From: Methanomicrobiales archaeon
Lineage (GTDB): Archaea > Halobacteriota > Methanomicrobia > Methanomicrobiales > JACTUA01
DNA length: 44,861 bases
Assembly (NCBI GenBank): GCA_034679905.1
Contig: JAXDAH010000027.1
Coordinates: 1 to 44,861, forward strand
Direction of reading: 5' to 3'
Part shown: piece after piece, positions 18,486-28,078 of the stretch
Position numbering within the stretch: the first letter of the stretch is position 1
Layout: each line of letters starts with the position of its first letter
Program-made: the position numbers and the translations under genes
Notes under the pieces: generated by a model
What the model saw: the letters and a program-made list of their open reading frames with translations, nothing else
Databases searched by the model: none
Told to the model about the DNA's origin: nothing

Positions 18486-19122
18486 TCAGAAACTCCTCCT
18501 ACTCCCCTGCCGGGAGCGGGGGCAGTTCCTGCTAATCCACGAAATATTTTTCGCATCCGCGATTGCCCTGCACATCAAGCAGTTGGACTGGGCGTGGAAG
18601 CCCGGGGAGAGCTGCACTCCTTAGAGACCCGCCCCGGGCGGCATCGAACCAGGAGCAGGGCCGGCGACTGGCAATTGTTCATCCCGCATGCTGCGGTATT
18701 TCCCTCTTTCACCACGGGATGGCACCCTCTGGTGCTCTTCTCTTCAAAGCTTCATGGCGGCAACTGTTCGGTATGTGAGTTCCATTGCGGACGGTCCGCC
18801 GGTTCGAGAGCCTGCTGCTGTTCCGAGATGCATCCGGACACGAGGAGGAGCGCTCCCACACGGACCGAGATGCATACAATTAGCGCATGATGTCTGGGCA
18901 GTTCCATACGTACGAGTCGGGTAATCCTTAGATCGGCATTGGGTAGTCTCTGAAGCGGCGGTATGCTGGGTGAGAGGTTGAAGCGGGTCCAATTCCGCAA
19001 CCCCGCCGCGCGCCAGGATTATGCTGAACGTTCACAGCATCCAGACCTTTTACCCTGGTTTTCGGGTCAACGAGCGCAATATTCAATGGTTGATGCGTCC
19101 ATCACTACTGGGAGCTGTTTCC

Positions 19123-19575
19123 ATGGACGAATTCATGCAGGCCGCCATCGAAGAGGCCAGAAAGGGGTTGATCGAGGGCGGCATTCCCATCGGAGCGGTG
19201 CTGGTGATTGACGGCAGGATCGTCAGCAGGGGGCGCAATCGCAGGGTGCAGAAGGAGAGCGCCATATTGCACGCCGAGATGGACTGCCTGGAGAATGCAG
19301 GAAGGCTCAAGCCCGGGGATTACCGCCGGGCGGTGCTGTATTCGACGCTATCGCCGTGCGACATGTGCAGCGGAACTATCCTGCTCTATAAACTCCCCAG
19401 GATCGTGATCGGCGAACACCAGACCTTCCAGGGGCCGGAGGAGTATCTCCGATCAAGGGGCGTGGAACTGGTCATCCTGGACGAAGAGGAGTGCATACGG
19501 CTGATGCGCGATTTCATTGCTGCCAATCCCGAGTTGTGGTACGAGGATATCGGGGAAGAGCAGGTTCCGTTTTAG
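19123..19575 (+). CDS. Cytosine deaminase of the CMP/dCMP zinc-deaminase fold (Fcy1-like)
   Basis: MDEFMQAAIEEARKGLIEGGIPIGAVLV..., HAEMDCLEN (HAE zinc motif), TLSPCDMCSG (PCxxC). At 150 aa it matches the yeast-type cytosine deaminase length. The ORF-track start at 19021 is probably too long. Confidence 0.8.
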   Translation: MDEFMQAAIEEARKGLIEGGIPIGAVLVIDGRIVSRGRNRRVQKESAILHAEMDCLENAGRLKPGDYRRAVLYSTLSPCDMCSGTILLYKLPRIVIGEHQTFQGPEEYLRSRGVELVILDEEECIRLMRDFIAANPELWYEDIGEEQVPF

Positions 19576-19604
19576 AGGAGTTCCTCCCCCGCGATCTTGT
19601 TCGG

Positions 19605-20939
19605 ATGGATCCCCCCCTCGAACGTCGGCGAATGCCGATTCGGGGAGTGCACGACAACGGGGTCAGGATCATGCTTAAGTGGGTGCACGGCGTTCCGGAG
19701 TCTGACCGTATGACAGCACCAACGCACGTTGCCGAACGGGATCCCTGCCGCTGCGAGTTCTGCGGATTGTGCGAGACGCTCGTCCCCTGCCACCGTGTCC
19801 TGGTAGAGGACACTTCGGCATGCTCCGGATGCGGTGCCTGTGCCCTGGCATGCCCCAACGAGGCCATCCATATGGTGGAGAGCCCGCGGGCCCGGCAGGT
19901 TGTCATCCGCGTGGACGGCGACCTGGTGTCAGTGCCGGAACGGATCACCGTCAGGCGGGCCCTCGAACTGCTCGGCTACACGTTCGGCTCGATGCCGGGC
20001 GAAGGCGATCTCTTTGCCCCCTGCGGGGTCGGGGGCTGCTGGAGCTGTGCCGTAATGGTCGACGGGGAGCTCCGGCAAAGCTGCGTCGCCACCGTCCGGG
20101 AAGGGATGGATGTCACGACCCGGATTCCGCCCTCTCAGCATCCCCGGCGGTCCGCCCACGGCTGGATGGGGCATGCGGTCGGCGGCGTCGGCACTCCCTG
20201 GCATCTGAAGAGCCCCCGTGGGTTCATCGAGGCGGCGGTCTTCACCTGCGGCTGCAACCTGCGCTGCCCCCAGTGTCAGAACTGGCGGATGACCTACACC
20301 GGTGTCCTGCCGTCCCTGACGCCGGAGGAGGCGGCGACCCGGATGACCCTGGCCCGCCGCCACTTTGCGGTCGACCGCATGGCCGTGTCCGGCGGCGAGA
20401 GCACGCTGAACCGCCCCTGGCTCGTCTCCTACATCTAGCACCTGAAGTCGATGAATCCCGACGAACGGGTCCGCATCCACGTCGACACGAATGCCACCAT
20501 GCTCACGGAGGAGTACATCGATGCCCTCGCCGAGGCCGGCATGACCGACATCGGGGCCGACCTGAAAGGCCTCAATACGGTGACCTTCATGCGGATCACG
20601 GGCATAGAGGACACCGATATCGCAGAGCGCTACCAGAGAACTGCATGGAATGCCGTCGAATACCTCGTCCGCAGGTATCGTGACGAGATCTTCATCGGCG
20701 TGGGGATCCCCTACAATCCCGCCCTGATCCCGAAGGACGAAGTCGCGCTCTTGGGAGAGCGGCTCTGCCGCCTGGATCCCCGGCTGCAGGTCTGCGTCCT
20801 GGACTACCGCCCCGAGTTCCGGCGTATGGATCTCGCACGCCCCACCCGCTCCGAGATGCGGGAGATATGGGAGATCCTGCACGGCACGGGGCTGAAGACC
20901 GTCCTCTGCCAGACCGCTTCGGGGTACATCGGGCCGTGA
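19605..20939 (+). pseudogene. Ferredoxin-domain / radical SAM protein interrupted by one in-frame TAG
   Basis: The N-terminus has a 4Fe-4S motif (CSGCGACALACP) and a 2Fe-2S-like domain (CGVGGCWSCAVMVDGELRQSC). The radical SAM CxxxCxxC motif is CNLRCPQCQNW, followed by SGGESTLN. TAG at 20436-20438 sits in the same frame as ORF 20451-20939 (...VRIHVDTNATML..., TIM-barrel continuation). The start codon is uncertain; ATG 19605 was chosen. Confidence 0.75.
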
Positions 20940-21058
20940 AGTCCCGACCTTCCTCCCCTCCTCCATCCCGCGACAGGAGGGGCCTGCCCGGACCGTCCAC
21001 GAAACCCGCACCGCACTTCTTAATGCCTGCCTGTGCCAGTACCGGGTAGGTACGAGCC

Positions 21059-21250
21059 ATGGACGAAAGACGCTGCCCGAACTGCCGCTCCGATCAGGTG
21101 ATCCCGATCCGCTACGGGATGCCCTCCTGCCGGATGTTCGATCTGGAGCGGAAGGGGCGCCTGATCCTGGGCGGCTGCATGCCGCATAAGAACAACCTCC
21201 ACTGCAGGCGGTGCGGGCATGAATGGGCAGCTGTAAAACCTGAGCAATAA
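21059..21250 (+). CDS. Small zinc-ribbon protein (hypothetical)
   Basis: 63 aa with CPNC...CRRCGH, a pair of CxxC knuckles. Confidence 0.5.
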   Translation: MDERRCPNCRSDQVIPIRYGMPSCRMFDLERKGRLILGGCMPHKNNLHCRRCGHEWAAVKPEQ

Positions 21251-21591
21251 TCTCTGAATACTCTTTCTGCTGTATCCATCAGATGCGGCCAGGCACTCCG
21301 GCCCATTATCGCAATGCTATCAGCAACTGCAGGAGAAGGCGCCCCACTGTGTTCGAGGATCTTGAGGAGCCTGCCCGGCCACAGCGTGTTGGAGCGAAAA
21401 AGCAGACGGGGGCGCTTGCCTGGCAGCACCCGCCCGACGAAAGAGGGTAAATTCCGCTCCGACTCGCGTTCGATATATATATCAGTCCTGCCAGTAGGGG
21501 GTGATGACTCCCCGTTCCCCTATCGGCCTCATCATGCTTGAATCGGCTGCTGCACGGCGGAGCCGGATCGTGCCATCCAGTGAGGCGGCGA

Positions 21592-22752
21592 ATGAAGGTC
21601 CCTGAAGTACTCACCCGCCCGGGGCTTTTCCTGTTCGTGCTCTTGAGCGTCCTGCTCTTTGCGGCAGCTGGCGGGGCGATGGTGATTTTTCTGATCCTGC
21701 AGACCGCGGGAACGGCGCTCATCTGGCCGGACACGGTTCAGGGTTCCATCTTCATCCTGATCCTCACGACCGCCGGCGGGATCCTGGTGGCTCTCTGCCT
21801 CTCCGTCTTCGGAGACCATGTGGGTCTCCTCCAGCAGACTATCGCCGAGTTTCAGAAGAGCGGCCGGATTGAGCCGCGGTACCTCACCGGCGGGCTGCTC
21901 GCCATCTACCTCTCCCTGATCTTCGGGGCGAGTCTCGGCCCGGAGGTGGCCGCCATCGACATCGGCGGGAGCATGGGCACCTGGATGGGGGATCGGGTGA
22001 GGAGCATGTATACGTGGATGCGGGCGCTGGCAATTGTCGGCATCAGCGGAAGCCTGGGAGGTTTCGGTGTATTCCTCTGGATCACCAGGACGACGGGCGG
22101 TGCCCTCTATCCCCTTCCCCCGTATGAGGAGTTTATGCTGCTCTATCTGCTCTATGCCGCGGTCCTCGGGCTGGTTGGTGCAGCGGCAGGGATTGCGTTC
22201 ATCTATTCCTACCGCCTCTTCAGGCACCTGACGGCGTCCCTTTCCGAGCGTCCCCTGATCCGGGGGGCGGTGGGGGGTCTGGGGCTCGGCCTCGCCGGAG
22301 TTCTATTCCCGATCGTGCTCTTTTCGGGCCAGACAGAGTTCCAGACCATCCTTAATGCGGGTGCGGGCATGGGTGCAGCCGTGCTGATGCTGATCGTCGG
22401 GACCAAGATTCTTGCCAGCACCTGGTGCATGGCAACGATCTTCAAGGGGGGGCCGATCTTTCCCCTGCTCTTTGCAGGAGGCACACTCGGACTCACCATC
22501 AGCCTCCTCTTTCCCTCCATTCCGATCGCCGTTGCCGTCCCCGCCACCATGGCAGGAATGATCGTCTGCGTGCTGAAGATGCCGCTCGGCGTCATCCCCC
22601 TCGTGGCGATCTTCTTCCTGCAATGGGATATAGTGAGCTTCGTCATCCTTGCCACCCTGGCGGGTTATTACGCCACCCGCCATATCACCATGCTTCCTGG
22701 CCAGGCGCTCTCAGGAGAGGGGAAGCCAGCGGAGATTCGCCGCGATATCTAG
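21592..22752 (+). CDS. ClC-family voltage-gated chloride channel protein
   Basis: About 10-11 TM helices. GASLGPEVAAIDIGGSMG and FKGGPIFPLLFAGGTLG resemble the ClC selectivity-filter segments. ATG 21592 was preferred over the ORF-track start at 21538 because a purine-rich tract precedes it. Confidence 0.8.
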   Translation: MKVPEVLTRPGLFLFVLLSVLLFAAAGGAMVIFLILQTAGTALIWPDTVQGSIFILILTTAGGILVALCLSVFGDHVGLLQQTIAEFQKSGRIEPRYLTGGLLAIYLSLIFGASLGPEVAAIDIGGSMGTWMGDRVRSMYTWMRALAIVGISGSLGGFGVFLWITRTTGGALYPLPPYEEFMLLYLLYAAVLGLVGAAAGIAFIYSYRLFRHLTASLSERPLIRGAVGGLGLGLAGVLFPIVLFSGQTEFQTILNAGAGMGAAVLMLIVGTKILASTWCMATIFKGGPIFPLLFAGGTLGLTISLLFPSIPIAVAVPATMAGMIVCVLKMPLGVIPLVAIFFLQWDIVSFVILATLAGYYATRHITMLPGQALSGEGKPAEIRRDI

Positions 22753-23316
22753 CACCGGTGTTCTCGCGTGTAAAAGTAGGTCGTTCACGATCCGAACAAA
22801 TTCCGTGGTCTTCCGAGCATATCCGGAAAGCCGCCGCGAAGAGAGATCGGAACGCAGGTCTGCACCAGAGAATCGCCACTCCCCTCTAATAGCCATTCCG
22901 AAAGAAACTGCCTGCTCATTCCCTCCAGCTGGTGATGGTGTCGTAGACGAAGCACTTTCCACTGTGGACCGAGCGGAGGCTCCCACAGCGGGGCAGCGGT
23001 ACCGGGCATACTGGTCCCGGAGGAACACCGCCATCCCCTCCTCGCGGATCTCCAAGAGGTTCTCGATCGTACGCATGCCGTGGCGGCATCTATAGCGTTC
23101 GTCCAACCGCATCAGGGCTTCGCAGGGAAAAGAGGCGCACTCGCTGCAGAACTCGACCTCCCCTTTCAGCAGCTTCAGGTAGTCCTGGCACTGCTTCTTC
23201 ACAAACGCACAATGTTTGTTCCGCGGGCGGCACCTCGTGCAGTGGTAGATCTTTCCCCGTGCCCGGAGGATCCCGTGCTTCCATGCAAGGTAGCCGCTGC
23301 AGAGGGCGCAGTTCAT
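22711..23316 (-). CDS. DUF3795-like Cys-rich protein, probably frameshifted at a C4 run (restored gene would be 22916-23316)
   Basis: N-terminus MNCALCSGYLAWKHG...YHCTRCRPRNKHCAF...CSECASFPCEAL. After RYRCP the listed frame becomes low-complexity and overlaps the ClC gene. The adjacent frame reads RCGSLRSVHSGKCFVYDTITSWRE and stops at 22916-22918. Confidence 0.6.
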   Translation of the reverse strand: MNCALCSGYLAWKHGILRARGKIYHCTRCRPRNKHCAFVKKQCQDYLKLLKGEVEFCSECASFPCEALMRLDERYRCRHGMRTIENLLEIREEGMAVFLRDQYARYRCPAVGASARSTVESASSTTPSPAGGNEQAVSFGMAIRGEWRFSGADLRSDLSSRRLSGYARKTTEFVRIVNDLLLHARTPVLDIAANLRWLPLS

Positions 23317-23406
23317 CCCGCAGGGGGGGATGAGCTCCTGAGGAATTGCATTTTCTCCTGCGCTCCCCAGGCTGCACCACCCGACGGATCCGGCGTGGCG
23401 TACCGG

Positions 23407-24228
23407 TCACCCGAACGTCACGTCCAGCACCATCATCGTGACAAAACCAAAAAGCAGGCTCATCGTCGCGAGATCCGTATTCCCGTGCATCTGCGACTGC
23501 GGGATCACCTCCTCCCCCACGACGAAGATCATGGCGCCTGCAGCAAATCCAAGGGCATACGGGAGCAGCGGCTGTGCGATGAAGACGGCTGCTGCCCCGA
23601 CGACCGCGGCAATCGGCTCCACAATCGCGGAGAGCTGCCCGTACCAGAAGCTCCTGAGCCGCGAGTGCCCTTCCCCGGCGAGCGGGCCGGAGACGGCAAA
23701 CCCTTCCGGAAAATTCTGCAGGCCGATTCCCAGCGCCAGGACCGTAGCCGCTCCCAGGCCCTCCGGGGAGATCCCTGCGGCGACTGCACCGAATGCAACC
23801 CCGACCGCAAGCCCCTCGGGGATGTTATGCATCGTGATGGCGATCACCAGCAGCGATGTCCGGCCCAGCGAGGATTTCGGCCCTTCTGCCAGAGAATCGG
23901 GAAGTCCCGGGTGGAGATGGGGAAGGAAGCGGTCCATCCCTCTCAGGAACACGCCGCCGAGAATGAACCCTATTGCTGCCGGGAAGCAGGCCTGAAGACC
24001 GCTCGATCCGGAGAGTTCGATGGCCGGTACCAGGAGCGACCAGAAGCTGGCGGCAATCATGATGCCACCGGCAAACCCGAGCAAGCCGTCCAGCGTACGG
24101 CGGTTGATCTCCCGCGTGAAGAAGACCAGGCCGGAACCGAGGGCGGTGAGTCCCCAGGTGAAGCATCCGGCAAGAAAGGCCTGCAGTGCCGGGTGCAATT
24201 CCGTGAACTGGTCGAGCATGCTGTCCAT
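23407..24228 (-). CDS. ZIP-family divalent metal (zinc/iron) transporter, ZupT-like
   Basis: ITMHNIPEGLAVGVAFG and GIGLQNFPEGFAVS are the signature ZIP TM4/TM5 motifs. Eight TM helices. Confidence 0.85.
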   Translation of the reverse strand: MDSMLDQFTELHPALQAFLAGCFTWGLTALGSGLVFFTREINRRTLDGLLGFAGGIMIAASFWSLLVPAIELSGSSGLQACFPAAIGFILGGVFLRGMDRFLPHLHPGLPDSLAEGPKSSLGRTSLLVIAITMHNIPEGLAVGVAFGAVAAGISPEGLGAATVLALGIGLQNFPEGFAVSGPLAGEGHSRLRSFWYGQLSAIVEPIAAVVGAAAVFIAQPLLPYALGFAAGAMIFVVGEEVIPQSQMHGNTDLATMSLLFGFVTMMVLDVTFG

Positions 24229-24312
24229 TCTCCTGCACGGATTTAATTATTTACGGTATGGCGCCGGATCCGAGATATGGTTAGCGCCAGTACAAAAAGA
24301 GAGGGGTTCTCT

Positions 24313-24864
24313 TTACCGGAGGAATTTCGAGACGAACGGAGACGTCTCCCCTCTCCGCAGGAAATGACCCGATGGGCCCTCCCCCAGGAACTCGGAGAAC
24401 CAGGACTCGTGCTCGACCTCCTCGTTGAGGATCGCAAGCGAGAGGTCGTAGGTGCGGTGGTCTTTCCCCGCAGTGTAGTTGCAGATCTCCGTATAGCCCT
24501 TCACGGCGCAACGCTCCGCATTCACCAGCACCGTGAGCATCTCGGTGATGTTCTTCGGATCCTGGGGCAGCCGCGCCGGCCTGCAGGCGGAGATATTATG
24601 GAAATCCACCATGTTCTCCGGCAGACTGCCACCCAGTTCGTAGATGCGGGGGACGAGCGCCTCGAAGTGATTGCGGTCCTCGATGCGTGCCGTCTCCGCG
24701 ATCTCCTTTATCCCCTCGCCTTCGAGTCCGTTCAGGTTGACCCGCAGGAGGGTGTAGTAGTAGTACGTGGTCAGCTCGGCCGCTGCATTCTTCACGAGCA
24801 TCTCCAGGAGTTTCTCGAGATCTATGCCCGTTTTTTCGACAACTTCACGTGCAACTTTTGCCAT
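24313..24864 (-). CDS. Dps-like / ferritin-like four-helix-bundle protein
   Basis: MAKVAREVVEKTGIDLEKLLEMLVKNAAAELTTYYYYT...RIEDRNHFEALVPRI...AERCAVKGY...ILNEEVEHESWF carries ferroxidase-type E/H ligands. ATG 24864 is preceded by GGAGGTGG with a 5-nt spacer. The ORF track extends to 25221, but I do not believe that extension. Confidence 0.8.
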   Translation of the reverse strand: MAKVAREVVEKTGIDLEKLLEMLVKNAAAELTTYYYYTLLRVNLNGLEGEGIKEIAETARIEDRNHFEALVPRIYELGGSLPENMVDFHNISACRPARLPQDPKNITEMLTVLVNAERCAVKGYTEICNYTAGKDHRTYDLSLAILNEEVEHESWFSEFLGEGPSGHFLRRGETSPFVSKFLR

Positions 24865-25311
24865 GATTCCACCTCCTCGTTTTGGGATACTTTCCGATGG
24901 TCTACCGGCTTCGTGGTAATATAGTTTGTGTCCAGGCGAACAGTTGGAGAGGATCTGTTTTGCAGGACTCCCCGACCTGTCCTTATCGATACCGTACTCG
25001 ATGATGGTGGGATTGAGGATCCAGGCGAGTCTTTCAGCGATGTGAGCCGCCCGTGGATGCCGCTCGGGCGAGCCCCCTGCGATCCAGCGGGCAACCGAGG
25101 AGTCTTGCAGGATGCCGAGGTTCACTCCCTGCGGGATACTAGGCGCTTTCTGTATTCTCCACCGGACCTGGCGACGGACCTCGTGATCGTCATGGGCGTC
25201 AAGAGTAATCCCGGCGCCCACGCTGGAAAAGAGGGTTATCCTGCGAATAGTTTTCGATAGGTTCGTCCCTCCTGCGGAGTACCGGTACGTACCTATCTTT
25301 CATGGTTCCTT

Positions 25312-25968
25312 ATGAGGGCAGACGGCGACCTCCCGTATGTGACAGAAGAGTTCAGGAGCACGTTCCACGCCGAGGCGCGGAGTTTTTTCATGCTCTCCCT
25401 CATGAACATCGTCTTTGCCGCGATGGCGGTGGCCTTCGGGATCAGCGCCGTCGTCGTCAACGTCCCGCAGCTGGCCGCGGGTATGGGAATACTGCCGCTT
25501 TTATCCCTCCTCCTGGGCGGCATCGCCGCCGCGGTCGGGATCGGGTGGCTCGCGGAGAGCGCACAGATCCTGGGCGACGTGGACGACCTCCGGGACGAAG
25601 CCAATGGCCTGCAGGAGGGCGACGAGGATCTCCTCCGCCTCATGATCGGGATGATGGCCCTCTACCGCGAGCGGCGGCCCACGGTGCAGAGGATGATCCT
25701 GGTCTCGCGGATCGGGGGAGCGATCTTCCTCTTCCTCGGTGTGGTGCGGGCGATCCAGCTCGCAGGACTGGCGGGCTCCATGGGCAGTGCCCTGGAGACC
25801 TATGCGGTATACCTGGGGATCGGCGGGGTGCTGGTCACGGCGGGCATGGCCGCGGCCGCCCTGCTCGTCTCCATCCTCTTCTCCCGGTACGCCGCCGCCT
25901 GGGAGGACCGCCTGGCGGAGACCGCCCGGGCGGAGGCCGCCCTGCAGGGCACCCTGGAGCGGGATTGA
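25312..25968 (+). CDS. Hypothetical integral membrane protein (4 TM)
   Basis: 218-aa ORF with four long hydrophobic segments. Its TGA stop (25966-25968) lies immediately before the start of the next gene (25970). Family not recognised. Confidence 0.55.
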   Translation: MRADGDLPYVTEEFRSTFHAEARSFFMLSLMNIVFAAMAVAFGISAVVVNVPQLAAGMGILPLLSLLLGGIAAAVGIGWLAESAQILGDVDDLRDEANGLQEGDEDLLRLMIGMMALYRERRPTVQRMILVSRIGGAIFLFLGVVRAIQLAGLAGSMGSALETYAVYLGIGGVLVTAGMAAAALLVSILFSRYAAAWEDRLAETARAEAALQGTLERD

Positions 25969-25969
25969 G

Positions 25970-26245
25970 ATGGCGGGCAGGCGCACCCCGTACGAGATCT
26001 ACTGGGAGATCCTGGTCTTCTGCCGCTCGCCCCGCTCCTTCACGCAGATTGTCAACCGCTGTGATCTCAACTCCAGAATCGGGCAGGACTACCTGGAGTT
26101 CCTCGCGGGGAAGGGCTACCTCGCGGTCGTCCGCGAGGGCGAGAAGCGGAGCTATCGGAGCACGGAAAAGGCCGAGGAGTTCGTCTCGCTCTTTTCAGAA
26201 CTCTACAGGAATATTTTCGACAGGAGTCCGGGGTTCCGCCTGTAG
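25970..26245 (+). CDS. Small winged-helix DNA-binding protein (archaeal HTH_45-like)
   Basis: MAGRRTPYEIYWEILVFCRSPRSFTQIVNRCDLNSRIGQDYLEFLAGKGYLAVVREGEKRSYRSTEKAEEF is the pattern of small archaeal wHTH regulators. It lies inside ORF-track entry 25739-26245, using its internal ATG. Confidence 0.65.
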   Translation: MAGRRTPYEIYWEILVFCRSPRSFTQIVNRCDLNSRIGQDYLEFLAGKGYLAVVREGEKRSYRSTEKAEEFVSLFSELYRNIFDRSPGFRL

Positions 26246-26515
26246 CCGGAACCCTGTATGCAGCCGGGAACAGGGGGCCGGCCGCATGGCACTGCGACAT
26301 GGGCGTTCGTTGCCGCTGACGCCGAAATGCGATAAACGCCAGAATATTGCTCCGGCGCGGGCGAACAAGTAGGTCAGGCCCTAGATCCGTCAGCTGCCAT
26401 CTCTCCCCCGCCGGCAGGGGAATCCGGGCAAAATATAAATGGCCGGAAAATTAAGTCACCTCTACAGAAATTTGCCCGAACTATTCCGTTCGGTCCAACA
26501 AAAAAAGAGGACACC

Positions 26516-27982
26516 ATGGAGAACAACAAGAAATTAACCACCGCTGCCGGGGCACCCGTTCCCGACAACCAGAATGCGATGACCGCGGGCCCCCGCGGGC
26601 CCATGCTGATGCAGGACGTCTGGTACCAGGAGAAGCTGGCCCACTTCAACCGCGAGGTGATCCCGGAGCGTCGCATGCACGCCAAGGGATCCGGTGCCTT
26701 CGGCACGTTCACCGTCACCCACGACATCACCCGCTTCACCCGGGCCAGGCTCTTCTCGGAAGTCGGCAAGAAGACCGACGTCTTCGTGCGCTTCTCGACG
26801 GTCGCCGGCGAGCGCGGCGCCGCCGATGCGGAGCGCGACATCCGCGGCTTTGCCATCAAGTTCTACACCGAGGAGGGCAACTGGGACCTGGTCGGCAACA
26901 ATACCCCTGTCTTCTTCCTGCGGGATCCCCACAAGTTCCCGGACCTGAACCGCGCCGTCAAACGCGATCCCCACACCAACATGCGCTCCGCGAAGAACAA
27001 CTGGGACTTCTGGACCCGTCTCCCCGAGGCGCTGCACCAGGTGACGATCACCATGAGCGACCGCGGCATCCCCTGCTCCTACCGCCACATGCACGGCTTT
27101 GGAAGCCACACGTTCAGCATGATCAATGCGAAGAACGAACGGGTCTGGGTCAAGTTCCACCTGCACACCCAGCAGGGGATCAAGAACCTGACCGACGCGG
27201 AGGCGGAGGCGATCGTCGCCAGGGACCGCGAGAGCCACCAGCGGGACCTGCTCGAGAGCATCGAGCGGGGCGACTTCCCCCGCTGGACGATGTTCATCCA
27301 GGCGATGACCGAGGAGCAGGCGCGGACGATGCCCTACAATCCCTTCGACCTCACGAAGGTCTGGTACAAGGGCGAGTTGCCCTTAATCGAGGTGGGCGTG
27401 CTCGAGCTGAACAGGAACCCGGAGAACTACTTCCAGGACGTGGAGCAGGCGGCGTTCAACCCCGCCGCCGTGGTGCCCGGCATCGGTTTCTCCCCGGACA
27501 AGATGCTGCAGGGGCGCCTCTTCGCCTACAGCGACGCACAGCGCTACCGCCTGGGCGTGAACCACCACCAGATCCCGGTCAACCGTCCCCGCTGTGCGGC
27601 GAATCCCTCCCACCGCGACGGCCAGCTGCGCGTGAACGGGAACGCCGGTGCGACCATCGGCTACGAGCCGAACAGTTTCGGCGAATGGCAGGAGCAGCCC
27701 GAGTACCGGGAGCCGCCCCTGGAACTCTCCGGAGCCGCCGCCTGCTGGAACTTCCGCGAGGACGACGCCGACTACTACACCCAGCCCGGCAAGCTCTTCC
27801 GCCTGATGAACCCGGCCCAGCAGCAGGTCCTCTTCGAGAACACGGCCCGGGCGATGGGCGATGCGCCCGAGTTCATCAAGATCCGGCACATCGGCAACTG
27901 CCTGAAGGCCGATCCGGCCTATGGCAGGGGCGTGGCGGATGCCCTCGGGATCTCGCTCGCGAAGGTGAATCCTCCTGCGTGA
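26516..27982 (+). CDS. Monofunctional heme catalase (small-subunit type)
   Basis: [58 protein letters not shown] (catalytic His) and [14 protein letters not shown] (proximal Tyr). 488 aa. Confidence 0.95.
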   Translation: MENNKKLTTAAGAPVPDNQNAMTAGPRGPMLMQDVWYQEKLAHFNREVIPERRMHAKGSGAFGTFTVTHDITRFTRARLFSEVGKKTDVFVRFSTVAGERGAADAERDIRGFAIKFYTEEGNWDLVGNNTPVFFLRDPHKFPDLNRAVKRDPHTNMRSAKNNWDFWTRLPEALHQVTITMSDRGIPCSYRHMHGFGSHTFSMINAKNERVWVKFHLHTQQGIKNLTDAEAEAIVARDRESHQRDLLESIERGDFPRWTMFIQAMTEEQARTMPYNPFDLTKVWYKGELPLIEVGVLELNRNPENYFQDVEQAAFNPAAVVPGIGFSPDKMLQGRLFAYSDAQRYRLGVNHHQIPVNRPRCAANPSHRDGQLRVNGNAGATIGYEPNSFGEWQEQPEYREPPLELSGAAACWNFREDDADYYTQPGKLFRLMNPAQQQVLFENTARAMGDAPEFIKIRHIGNCLKADPAYGRGVADALGISLAKVNPPA

Positions 27983-28078
27983 ACCGGGAAAGGATCGATA
28001 CTTCTCTTTTTTTGGTGCTGTCCGGTTTTCTAGCCCCATCTCGCGCATTCGCTCGCTGAAAGGGCCCGTGGAGCCCCC

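Noticed and set aside
19929-21011. 360-aa minus-strand ORF
   Set aside because: It is antisense to the radical SAM gene. The composition is low complexity (G/P/R/D-rich) with no motifs.
23080-24246. 388-aa plus-strand ORF
   Set aside because: It is antisense to the ZIP transporter and the DUF3795 gene, and is an Arg/Pro/Glu-rich shadow ORF.
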